A stretch of 64,000 nt of DNA from Takakia lepidozioides (Eukaryota; Plantae; Bryophyta): positions 17,856,001 through 17,920,000 of the forward strand of contig CM060731.1 in the NCBI GenBank assembly GCA_030704615.1. Direction: 5' to 3'. Made by a program: the position numbers and the translations under genes. The notes below the pieces were generated by a model that worked only from the letters and a program-made list of their open reading frames with translations, searched no databases and was not told the origin of the DNA. This document shows positions 48,636 to 61,200 of this stretch, piece after piece; the stretch's first letter is position 1; each line of letters begins with the position of its first letter.

Positions 48636-50554
48636 AGGCTTCACAAACTCTCTATCAAGATTTTTCCTACAAATTTGCAAAAACAAATGTGGCCTCTTGA
48701 TTCACTCCAAGCATTGAGCTTGATTCAAGCTGAAGGTGGGAGTTAATTGGTCTTTAGAAGGGAAAAAATGACCAAATAGTTCTTATGAATGCTAGCGAAT
48801 AAGGCTTATCAATGTTGTCTTGGCCCTCTGCAAAAATATGGAGAAACTATCTTCCTCAAATCTGAATAAGGGGCCAAGGTTTGAAAGAGGGTGTGGGGAT
48901 TAGAGAGTGGTCCATGAATTATGAAGCGGAAGTTATAGTAAGCTACAACAGGAGTTCAATTAATCATTGTCATGTAAGGGGAGGAGAAAAAAAAGGCAGG
49001 CCGGTAAGACCTATTAAATAGGGGATGGTTCATGGTTAGATTGGGGTAAGGAGGCGTGGTGGTTTCTAGGAGTGACGTGTGTCAGGGCCCTGGAAATTTA
49101 TTAAATAAAAGCGAGGTAAAAATAACCTCGGGAAATACAACCATGTTTATGGACATCTTCACTCTCAGACCAAGCATTCAAATCTTCATTCAAATCCCTG
49201 GGAAAACACAGAGGAAGCCACTTCGCTAGAACTTCATAAAGGACTGAGCACATTACAAGACCCTGCTATCCAGGAATTGAATGATGAAAATGCACCTGAT
49301 TACCAGAAAATTCAACATGACTGCTTTCCCAATGCTTTAGAAAAGGGTACCTGCATAAACCCTATATGCTCCAAAAACATAGTGTGCACCAAAACCTGAT
49401 TCAGCTGTAAAGTGTCAGATGCCCACTAGGTAATATCTAATGATAATAATCACTACATGTACCCTCAAAACACTGGCAGGTGGATCATGCAGCAATGGCC
49501 CATACCACTGCTACATACAGAGTACTTTTGCCTAGCATTCCACGTACGGGTCTAACAGAGATGGGCAGCTCACACACAACAAGTCCATGCTTAAGTTATG
49601 TGAGGCGGGGGCACTTGGGGTCTATGGCCAGAAGGCTACAACAAACATACTTCTGTGAGTAGATTCTCTCACTTTCTCTCTTTCCCTCGTCAGGAACATG
49701 AAGAACATTGTCCTGCACCTCTGTTCACCAACTTGAAATCTACCCCCACATTCATTCCAGCACCCTTTTGGTGCAGATAAACTAGAACTGCTTGCCCACC
49801 TGGAGGCCCCTCCAGGTTTTCTTTAGTCGGTGGCTGCTAGGATTACTTATGGCTGGTGAAATTCGCATCAGGCGCATGCGCTGCATTCACAAATCAGATA
49901 ACCACCACATATCAGACAGAGTGAGTTGCCTCCAAATCTCAGAAATCAAACCTAGGGAGCAATTTATATCTCAAAGGGTGCCAATTGACAATGTTGTTGG
50001 AATAGCTGGAATTGGGTTATCCATGGCTTGCAAAAGCAGCCGACCATTGGTGGTTTTAACTGTTGGGGGAAGCCTCCTAGGAGTGAAAGTCTCTGAGCAG
50101 GTCACCGTGCCAGCAAAAAATGAAAGCCGTGGGTTTGCGGAAATTTTGAGAACCAGGGTGTCTCTGCCAGCCGCTGTGGAGAAGAAGTTGATTGCAGATG
50201 GCAGGGCAGCCCTTGTGATGAGCTGATTATGGAACAAAAGCAAGAACCCTGATTCGGTTCACATACTACAAATTGCAAAGGTGGTCATCCCTAGCACTCG
50301 GCTCATCTTTTCAAACCCGAGACAGGAGGGAGGTGGAGACTGGAGACTTCAGCAATGTGTGAGACAATCTGGCATCACATCTATCAGTGAGGTCCACGAA
50401 TACATAAGATATCCTGCAATCTCCGCAGGGTCCATGCTCCCAGCTTCTTCTACGGATGCATTGTCCTGACAAACCAACAAGAGATGATTGATCGCTGCCG
50501 ACTCTGCGAGGCTCCGTTACAACGTTACAACCGACACACAAAATGACGACGACG

Positions 50555-50580
50555 ACGTGGCGTGACGACGATGACGTGGC
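50555..50580. promoter_or_regulatory. Paired ABRE/G-box-like motifs
   Basis: ACGTGGC at 50555-50561 and TGACGTGGC at 50572-50580, within a (GAC)n stretch. Confidence 0.35.
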
Positions 50581-51849
50581 ACTATGGCACCCTATTCCTG
50601 CTCTACGCTAAACTAGTCTCCGACCTTTAGTCGTCACTAGAATAACAAAAACATAGAATCAACAAAAGGTGGACATGCTTTTTTATTTGATTACAAACAC
50701 ACCTGGAGACAGCTGTCATGCCAGACCAACCTCTTCTTGCAGTCAGTGGCACCAGTTACATAGCAGCCAGAAGTCACATGTAGGCTTGTCAATTGAAAGC
50801 AGGGTAATTTTTGTCCACATTTTTCTCATGCCATGATAGACTTCATTCATCTGACAAACATACAGAGCTAAAAGTTCAAGGCAACATTGCAGCATCAGTT
50901 GCAACACTCTTTTCTGATCAATCGGTGCAGGGATTGGATGTCTGGTGGGTGTCCATGACCTGCAGGCCATGTTTTCAAATCTGATCAACTGCTTTGCTGC
51001 CTTTTATAAATCACATTACTGCAACATTACTACAAATATGGGATCTGCTCATTCTGACATCAGACCAATAACAACTGTGTGATACGAGCAGACAAGACAG
51101 AACTAACAGACTGAAAAGACTGAAAAGAAGCTTACCATGATGGTGGAGGAATGCACAGAATCACGTGAGGATGCCGGAATGTACACATATACATTGGTGC
51201 TGTCCATTGCTGTCTACAGATCAACAGGAAAATGCCAAAAGACTCCATGTGCTGTACACTGATATAATGTGCAAAGATGTTACACGGTTCGAATTGAGCA
51301 ATGAGACCGTCCTTGGGAGCCCTGCTATGAGCAACACACAATGAGGAGGTTGAGACAATAAGGTCGAGTCTGTTTAAGTGTGCCCGAGTAAACAGAAAAG
51401 CTTAGGGGTCATACATGCTCAAGCAAGTCCTTGAGACCATTCTCACTTGAAAAGCTACGCTAACAGGCAGATTGACCAATTTTGCACTCAAAACTTTCTT
51501 TCCTAACCTGTGTGACGATGCATTAACTGTGTCTGAATGGCTGCAGGTGTCATATGTCACAAACCCAAGCATGTATTCCATTGGCTGCCACCACCACACT
51601 GCCACAAGTTCACTTGGCAAGTTAGACAGAAGGATTGGCTGATTGTGCACTCAAAACTGTCCTAGCCTGTGTGATGATACTTGAAACTGAGTCTGAATGG
51701 CTGCAAGAGGCAGATGTCGCAAACTCAAGCATGTCGTCCAATTGGTTGATGGCAGAATACAATTTGTACTTCATGGTAGTGCCTTGTGGTGATTATGTAT
51801 AAAGTAGCCTCACAGCCTAAGTTACTGTGAGGATATTGGTGTCCTTACT

Positions 51850-53849
51850 CTACCCAGGTGAAGTAATAGCCATACGTGCACTACATGTCAGTACCTTTTG
51901 GTAGCAAGACCTTGTTGAACCCTCGGATAGGTCTTCTGCAACCAATCCTAAGGAGGAATTTGGCAAACTTTCTATCCTACAAGCTGCTGGAACTTTCTTA
52001 TTCAAAACCTGAAGACTTACATCAGTGCCTTTCCTCATGGCACCGGTTGAGCATCAGCTGCAGCGCCTGTGCTCCCTCCACTCCGTCAAATGTCACACAG
52101 AAAAGCTGTCACCAGGCGTCAAACTTGCATTTGAAGGTCCATCTGCGTGCCCAGAAGGTGCAGTATGATGCATGTTGCCACTCGAAAGGATTATTGGCAC
52201 ACTAATCCAAACCATATCCAGCAGACTCACTCTCTGCCACCAGAGCCCCTCCTGTGCACTAGGAAGACCAGCTGCGTCCCACACCCTTTCTGCCACTGTC
52301 TCCACAGCAATTGCAATTCCCTTTTCACACTCGCCTTTGCCAAGTAGAGGCCCAATCCTCCTTCTCAGCACTGCTGGCAGCAATGACCCTTGCGAACCCC
52401 ACACCCTATCCCTATCCAAAGTTGTCTCAAGAGTCCAACCTATCTCCACCTCCAGCTTCTTATCTGAGAGCACTAGGAGCAACAACAGGCTGTTACTGCT
52501 GGCTTTCTTGTCCATGTTCCAGTAACTATAAAACTTCCCCACAAACACTGCAGAGGAGACAGCAGGATGGCCAAGTGCCTCCACAGTGACCACAGTCACC
52601 TCTGTCCCCGTGTGGTAGCGCAGTACATCAATGACCGTGTTGACTCGCTCTACCAGCCCACGGCTCAGCACACCAGCCTGGTCAGATACCCAACAACCCC
52701 ATATATGGGGGTTTGGGATCTCAACAACGGAATTGTACTCTGAAGCTCTTGGAACTGTGAGATCAATTTCGTGCGAGTCTTCGAAGTCCTGAGAGTTCTG
52801 GTGTTCGGTGTGAAAGAGGTTTACCGTTTACCCCACTGCTGAAGGCGACATCCCCTGTCCCTGCATCATATTGCTTGACGCCATCTTTCCTTCCCAGCTT
52901 CTCAGCATCTGCCACCCATGCCACCAAGCAACGCTTCACTCTCTCGCAGTGCAAATGCAAGATAAGCAGTCAAAAGGATTCTTTACCTGCAACCATCCAC
53001 CACATGCTGCACACAATAACAAACACACTGACAAGCAGGCCATATGAGTAATACCCACTGCCACAAGTCCCACATGACGAGTCACGCTAACAAGATGATT
53101 GGGCGGATTGTGCAATCGAAACTTTCTTCACCTGTGATATACCGATACGGTAGATGTGTCTGAATGGCTGCGAGAGGCAGATGTGGCAAACTCAAGCATG
53201 GTGCTGATATCAGTCCCCGGCGCCCTGTGCTCAACACCAACCCAATCAGCATGCTTGCAGCTGCCGTGGCCACAACCAACTTCCATGCCCATGGTTTTTC
53301 TTCAAATGCACCCTCTGTTTGCATCCAGGGCTGTGGAGTATTCTCGAGAGGGGAGTAAGGTCCAGCAAATCTTGAATAGGACACTCGAATTGGTAGGTGG
53401 GTTCCCACACCACCAGTGCAGTGTTGTGAGGACAAGTGGAGTGACTCAGAGTCTCTTAGAGACGTAATGGCCCGTGCTACTTGTGAACTGGTTCTCATTG
53501 TCCAATTCATGACAAGCGCCACGAGCTGCCAAAAGCTGCTAATCCCTCCAAGTTTCCCTTCAGAGGTCTGCACTTGCAATTTTATGGAGCGACTTTCTTC
53601 TCTATCCAAGCGACCACCAAGTTCCTCGCTACCAACTAGCCTTACGTCCAAGATGTCATCGTCACCGCAGCTGACAACTTGATTCCAACATATATTCTTC
53701 AGCTTTGCCGCCCTCACGCCTAAGCGTCCGACATTCGGATGCCAGCAAATACTAAACTTTCTCTTTCCAGTCCGCAAGGTGAGGGAGAGTATGGTAGGAG
53801 TCACAGAGGCTGCCGAAAGTGTCATCCGGAGCAACATATGAGTGGGCAT
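51850..53849 (-). CDS. TPM-domain (TLP18.3/Psb32/MOLO-1) membrane protein with a plastid transit-like N-terminus, possibly truncated or pseudogenised
   Basis: EIPNP...WVSDQAGVLS...TGTEVTVVTVEAL...YWNMDKKASSNSLLLLLVLSDKKLEVEIGWTLE...IGPLLGKG...GIAIAVE matches the TPM pattern. The upstream 255-aa ORF is Ser/Thr/Arg-rich with a hydrophobic segment. Exon joins uncertain; in-frame TGA at 52093 and 52054. Confidence 0.7.
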
Positions 53850-55289
53850 GAGTATGTTTGCTTTACCACCACTCTCTGCTGCCTCTCACCCACGTAATTC
53901 TGAACATCGGCATGCCGACGCATGAGTCACTGCAACACAAGGCGAGGGCTGCTTCTATCTTCACATCATCAATGCCAAGTGAGCATGAATGCTCGGTTGT
54001 TTGTGCCCATTGAGATCGAGACAGTCCACTGATTTCCTCGAGCGCAAGGTGGTTGCCCCAACAACACGAGCATCAGAACAGATCAGAACCACGAATTCAG
54101 AACTGTCACGATTCACACTCCACAGTTCTTTGCAGTTGGATGTTTGCATCCTTCCCTGGCCAGTGATTTTACGAACTCAAATCATTTTTGGGAGATTCTC
54201 CAATGTCCAAGAGCTACAGTAGCTGATCGGAATGTTGTGAAGGGAAAAGTAGTAGCTCTGATAACGTTTCAGTGGCTCGAGATCAGTTTACTGCCTATCC
54301 AGATTAAGACAAGTAGCAAGAAGGAAGGGCGGAGTAGGGGTGCGCGGAGGAAGGGATGTGAAGATGATAATCAACTTCTGCTCGTCTGTCAGAGCCATAG
54401 TGAGAAGCTGCAAGCAAGTAAAATACAGGAACAAGTGAAACAGCGTGACTGCTGACACTAAACGTGTCTTCAACAGAAGACTATGCCTAGTTATTGGTAT
54501 CAGTTGATGGTGCACAAACTGTAAGTTGCGGCCCCCTTATACCCCTTTCTCAGAACAGAACTCCACTGCTGGACTTCCATGATTCTTATCAAACAGCATG
54601 TAGATCCCCTCACTGGACTCAGTGGACAGGGTCACTGCACCAAACTATGTTCCTACTTCAATCACGGTAAAATCAACAATGAGGACAAAGGAACTGCTGC
54701 AGATTGGAGGTTTCCACTCCAACAATTCCATCTTATCAGCATCACCTCAATGTTCCCCCTTCCACATAATCAGTGTGAGGGTAGTATGATCCTTAAAAGA
54801 TCAATATGAAACTCTTTGACAGATACACCTACGCCTACCTACTCAGGTTTGATGCCCTTTACTCTTTGGTATTTTCAATCACATACCTTCAGTTACTGAA
54901 GAAGTCTGTCCAACATTGTGTGCTTGAATAACTTTGGCCCCAATTGGGCTACAAGAGAATAATTGTATCCTAAAGCCTAGGGCATGGAGTGAACATTTCT
55001 TAGGCTGGAAGCTCAGTTTGAAAGGCCAACAGCATTTGGTGCCTCCTCCCAGTACTTCCCAAAATCAAATGCAGCCCAGGATAATTTGATCAATAACATT
55101 CTCCACGGGGCAGGGCTTTTTAATGAGTGGCAGAGACCAATTTGACTACCTGTAGTCAACATTGTGTGTCCAATTCCGGAGCTTCTGGTCTGTCAGTAGT
55201 GAGCTCAGAGATGGATAACAGTAACTTCAAAGGCCATACTACCAATTGGGTTGTAATCAGGGCTAGTGAAAGAGAATAGGCGAATTAAC

Positions 55290-58200
55290 CTACGATCTGA
55301 AACTTTGGGGCTTACTGCTGGCAAAAACGTTCCAGACGATGACTCCCGTCAAGTAGAAAAAGATGGATGGAGCAAAAAGTGCCAGCTGTAGAAACCAGCA
55401 ACGTGTTAGATACCCAGATCATGGATGTCAAAATCAGCTCATACAACAACATACAAAGAAGGATGCACCATGTTTAAGAATTAACCCCTGGAGTGTGTTT
55501 ACTTGTCAGAACCCACCTGTGTGATCACGCATGTCACTCCTGACCAGGATTGGTTGTTCACAGCCATGGGACCCCATCATCGAGTTTGGTGGTTTCCTGA
55601 GTAAGTCCAAGTTGCTCATGCATCTTGGTACTGACAGGTTTTGTCACCCTGGATACCCATGTGCTGGAAAGAAAGTGACGGATTAACTGGGTAAGGGTGA
55701 CCTCCTTCATACGCCTGGGTGGATTTTACCCAGCCCAGTCACAGAGCCCTAAAGTATGGGGGCCATATGCAGGAGGCTAATCCATAACTAAATAGTGAAC
55801 ACAAGTCTCTTCCAACCAAGAGGCTGTCTTGGTTACTCATGAAAGACTGGACAACCTAGAATCACATCATGATCTGACACTTATGAGGCACTCCTCCTTA
55901 TGCATCAGTCGCATCTCGTATGCATTTGAACTTTGATGCTCAGGTCTTCAACTTACATTCCATGACTTGGTTTGATCAAAGATAAGCCCGACCAATGCAA
56001 CGCCTAATACCCCCGGTATGGCACCAAATGTGTTGGTTATGCCCTGCATCCACCATCCAGATCCTTAAGTGGTTTATCACATTTCTCTCATCTGTCCCAG
56101 CGCTGCTTTGATGCACTTTCCCAATAAGACCTAGGTCTAAAATTTCTGCAGCATTTGTTCTTGCAAAAACTTCATCACTGAAAGGGAAAAACCTCCTGGA
56201 ATTATATACTGTGAAGAATGACTTGCAGTTTACAAACAAGGTCCTCAAAGAGTCCAGACTTAGAGAAGTCTCAAAGCACCCACTTTGTCCAGAACATGTA
56301 AACCATGTATGGGCTTACCAAAAGGACACTTGCATACTGGGGAGAAATATCCTGGTGTGTGCAGTACAGCCCTGAATTCCACCACCCACAAATGCTTAGT
56401 GTTCCTGTGACATACACTCTCATCTAAATCCCAAAGCAGCTAACAGAGAAACTTGACTTGTTGACCATCTCTGCGAAATGTATCAATGCTGTATTCCTCG
56501 GGGCGTACTTTCTAAGCAATAGTAAAATTTCTGGCACGGGTTTCAGCCCACCAGGTCACACACAGACACTTACACAAAAAGAGAGAGAGACCCTGACAGT
56601 TGGGAACTCTGCACGAAGTGTCAAGGAGGGCTTCTATCATGAAGGCTTACGATCCCAGAAAATAAGGTTACAACACTTCCTGGAGAACCTGATTTGATCT
56701 GTGCCTTGGGTCTGAATCTTTTTGCTCACATCTTGCATTCTAAGCAGCTTCATGTCAGAGCTGCCTTCTTATATTGTTTCATGTGTGAGTGTCTTCGGGC
56801 TTTTGGCTCTGGAGGTGGCTTGTGCTTCAAGATAGTTGTAGAAGCTCAGGCTTCTGCCTTCATTAGGGTCTTTGGCCTCCGCTGTTGTCTTTTTGGCATT
56901 TCTTATTATGGCTTAGCTCAGGTTTGCTTGGGAAGATGGTTTTCTAGTAATTTTCGATCTAGCTCTCAAGATGGAGAGAGAATGTACTCATAAGATATTC
57001 TTGGACATAGACCCCGCGCCCAGTTTGGGCGGAACAACAACGAACAGACACCACCTCTGTGAGGGGCTCACTTATGGGACTAACCATTATATAAATTCCT
57101 CTAGAGAGCCCTTCACACAAGCATCAATCTGCTGTGTGTGGGCAGCCCAAAAGTTAGACCCCAACAGGGCCAGGGCTTTAGGCTCAGCCTCGAGACTTTG
57201 AAAGTTGGTGAACACACAGAGAATGTACTCATAAGACGTGGTGAACAGAGAGAGAGAGAGAGAGAGAGAGAAAGAGTACCTGCCAGTGCAAAGCTAGACA
57301 AACCAATTCCAGTTGTAAGGATCGCTACATCAGTCCACGGATTGAGGTTTGGGGTCAAAGATGCAATCGCCATACATGTTGCAGGTGATATGAAAGCAAT
57401 GGATTGGCACACTTTCCTAACCTGCCCATTTACCCCAAAAACCATCAACTCAATATTTAGTAAACAACATGACAGTATCTACTTCTATAGTAGATGGATG
57501 TGAGTGCACTTGGAAGCAAAGAGCTTCTTACTTGAAAAGGAGATCTAAGTTTAGGACATACCAGTGAAACATCTGTTCCACTAGTGATCAAGTAATCAGC
57601 CAGAGGAGCTGCGATGCTGGTTACTGCAACTGAAGCCAAGGGTGGCAATATTGATACCTGTATTCCCATTCCAACACACATACATAGACATCATTAAGTG
57701 CTTAGAAACTGCTATTGGAAATACCACAAAATTGAAAGCCAAAAAGTGTGAACACTTGGCTTGTCAGCATTCATCAAGTCAGGCTTGCTGTGAGATCTTG
57801 GTTTGTTTGGCCAACTGCTGCAGTACCTGCCGGACGGCAAGTTTCAAATGATTCTACATCTCTTCCTTGGAGTAGCCCAGGCCCTCCTAAGAGCATTGTA
57901 ATGTCCAATCGACACATAAAAACAGTCATCCAGCTTCACCCTCACCTCAAATAAGCTGATGGCTTTGGAATGTAAAACAAACACAACCATCTACAACACT
58001 ATCACATGTTTGTATCAAGCAGATAAAAGCAAGACTCACCAAGGCCGCATGAGTGAGATCTAAATGAAGCTCATCACTGTCAGCCATGAAACATCAAGCA
58101 TATCTGTTAGTTGGCCGAATTGTCGAAAAGGGAGGGATAGAAAGGAAAAGAAGAAACTTTATAGCGTCCAAGAGAGAGAAACACAGAGACAGAGAAGATA

Positions 58201-61200
58201 TGTGCCACAGTGCAAAACTGCAGTGATTACAAAGGTAGCAAAGGAAAAAGGTAAACGGGTGACAGCTTACCTGAAATATGTGGGAAGCCAAGCAAGCAAT
58301 GTGTAATGTCCCCAGTTCCCGCAAAAGTGAGCATATATCATTGCCCACACAGCTGGACTCTTGAAAAAAGCCCTCCATGGAACTGGCTGCAAGGGTAAGT
58401 GGACACGTTCAGCAAGTTTCTCTCCTGTCATTACACATGGGAGGTAGGATCTATCAAGAAAATACTCCCAGGTTTTGGGAGTACATTTGGGAGATGTACC
58501 ATAGCGTTACTTGTCTGTAGCCATGTAGATTATGCGCCTGGTGTGGACTGCACATAAAAGGAGGAGGGTGAAGGAGAGACAGACAGAGAGAAAGAGTGTA
58601 ATTGACCATTCCCCACTCTTGAGGTTTACTTACCTGCAGGATACTGACCCTACCGGAGCTACTTCTAGGCTCTTCTCCACTATAGATAAGACTGAAAATG
58701 CCATGGCTGTCACATACATACAATGACCATCCTTTCGAGGAGACCTGAATACTGATTTAGATGCTGGCATTAACCATTAAGACAGAATGATACTAATATA
58801 CTTCTACATCGACAGACATGACTTATGTGTCTGTGGTTGCACTGGCAGTCAGACTCCAGTGGAGGCATCAACAAAGACTTGGTGCTGAGTGAGGCGGCAG
58901 GACAGAGAGGGGGAGATGTGCAGTGAGAAATCCAAGTTGAGAATATGCACAAGAATCAATATTGTCAAGCTTACCCCCTCGTCACTTGACACACTGAACG
59001 TGGCGTGGGAATTTGGAGCAACCCTTGGTTTCTCAAAGGGCTGTGCTCCATTAATCCGCCTTTGCCTAAGTTCATCATCACAATTGGTGGATGAAAGATT
59101 GCTGTTCCCTTCTGCTAGCACAGGCACGCAGCCCCCTCAGATGATTGTGGCACAAAAATCTGTAACACCCAAGGTCATTTTAAAGTACCAAACAAAGTCC
59201 AAACTATTCTCGCCATACGGGGATAAACAACGTGCTTTAGAAGAGACTTCCAACCGGCACCCAAAGTCATCCGCCCCATGGTGTTTTTGCTTGTTAGAAG
59301 GACCGGTCCTTCTACCTTGCTCATCACATGCAGACAAGAAAATCTTCAAATGTACGGGAAATCTTTTGCTCTCCAGAACTGCCACTCATGGCACACATGC
59401 AAGTTCACGTCTAAACTCAAAATCGACTTATGATTTGGAGAAGGGAAGGGAAGTGGGAGTAACCAGAGGTTTCCTGAGGAGCAGATGCCGAGTCAGAGAT
59501 GGAAACTGGCTTATATGAGTCCACTTCACTTGCAGCACTCTCAAATTTCAGGCACCTACAAGAACCCTCATCACACATAAGGCACAATGGCAAACAAGCA
59601 GGTGTGTCCCCCTGTCATGTACCCTCAGCTCCCCGCACCTAAAAGTGTCTCCCACACTAAAACAGATCCCGTCATGGATCTTGGAAGAAGAGGAGCTAAA
59701 CATGTCCTTCCATGCCAACAACCTTCGCCACAGTTTTGGTCATGAATGAGTGGTCATGAGTCTTAGTTGCACCCACCCTGCTACCCACAGGCATGGACCT
59801 CCTGCGACGTAAGTAGGTGATTTGTATACCCAGTAACCCTTGGAGCTGGGTTGACCACATAGGTGACCTGCAATATAGACCTATCGAGATTTGAAGGTAT
59901 GACCATCTAAGATGGCCATAGTGCCAAGCACTGAGCCATCCGTACCTTGATACACATGGCTGAGGTTTGTACCAGACAAGTAACATCTTCTCTAACAACA
60001 GCTTGCTGCCTCAAACACACAGACTCCCTCCCTAAAAATTTTATGAACCATGAGCTAGTGCGCAGCTAATACAGAAATAGTGTATATTAGTCGAAAATTA
60101 CAATACAACAGATTTCAGATTGAGAACAATTAACTCGACATCTTGGGGCACCAAATGGACAAGGCAAGATGTTTTTGAAGCAGTCATTATAAGGGTGAAA
60201 TTGTACCATAAAACCCCAGCGAGGCCAAATATGTAAAAGACTGATTCCCATCCAAGATTTTCAATGATGAGTGGAGCTAGAAGAAGCCTGCATGAGATAC
60301 AGAGATGCCCATGTGTCACAGAAACTCCAGCACCAAAAGATGAAATGGTCAGAAAGCTTTAAAAAGAGGAAAACTAAGCACACACACATTCACATTGGAA
60401 CTTTTCTATCCCACTGGATATAATAAGCAGGAATTACCCAGACACACTCCCGACATTCAAGCCACCGAACACCACTGCCACAGCTCTGGAACGCTCACTG
60501 ACCGGCATTGCTCTGCACCCTCTCCCCCCCACCTTCAGTCCCTTCACCTCTTCCACCTGTCAGTGGCAATATAGTATTCATAATGATGAAGGGATAGCAT
60601 AAAAGATCAAACTTCTGACTAGCTCAAATATCAGAGCACCAACCGAGCATTCACGCAAATTTAGAAGGTGACTCTCTTTTGTACTGTTGCCTCGTATTCG
60701 TTGAACAAATCAGGTAAACTCAAAACGAAAGAGAAAAATAGAAGGAACAGTCTGAAAAGTAGGGTCACAAGACAGCACATCGGCATACACCAAGAAAACA
60801 CGGGCCCTTATCAAAGCACTGACAAGGGACAACCCACACCAACACCAAAGGCATCAAACCTGGCAATAAGATCGGTGGCAGCTGACGGGGAAACACCTTC
60901 TCCTAGCCCAACCTGCCCTCCATCATGCCACCCATTGATGAGGTAACGATATCATATGGCGTAAGGACACCTTCCTTTCAAGCCAGTGAGACTCAACTGG
61001 ATTACCGCATAGAAAATTCTCCAAAATCCATCACATGTTCTATACCATTTCCAGTCTCATGTCATTCACTGGAGCAAGACAGTCTGTAGTCTCCTTTGAA
61101 ATAATACAAACACGGAAAAACATGATACCATTTACTGTGTAACAATCCACTCTTACCATTTCTTGGTAAAAGAGGTGTCCCCACTTGCGTCAAAATTTGC

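Noticed and set aside
55495-55755. Possible MITE in a PHT4;5 intron
   Set aside because: Could not identify matching TIRs or a TSD by eye.
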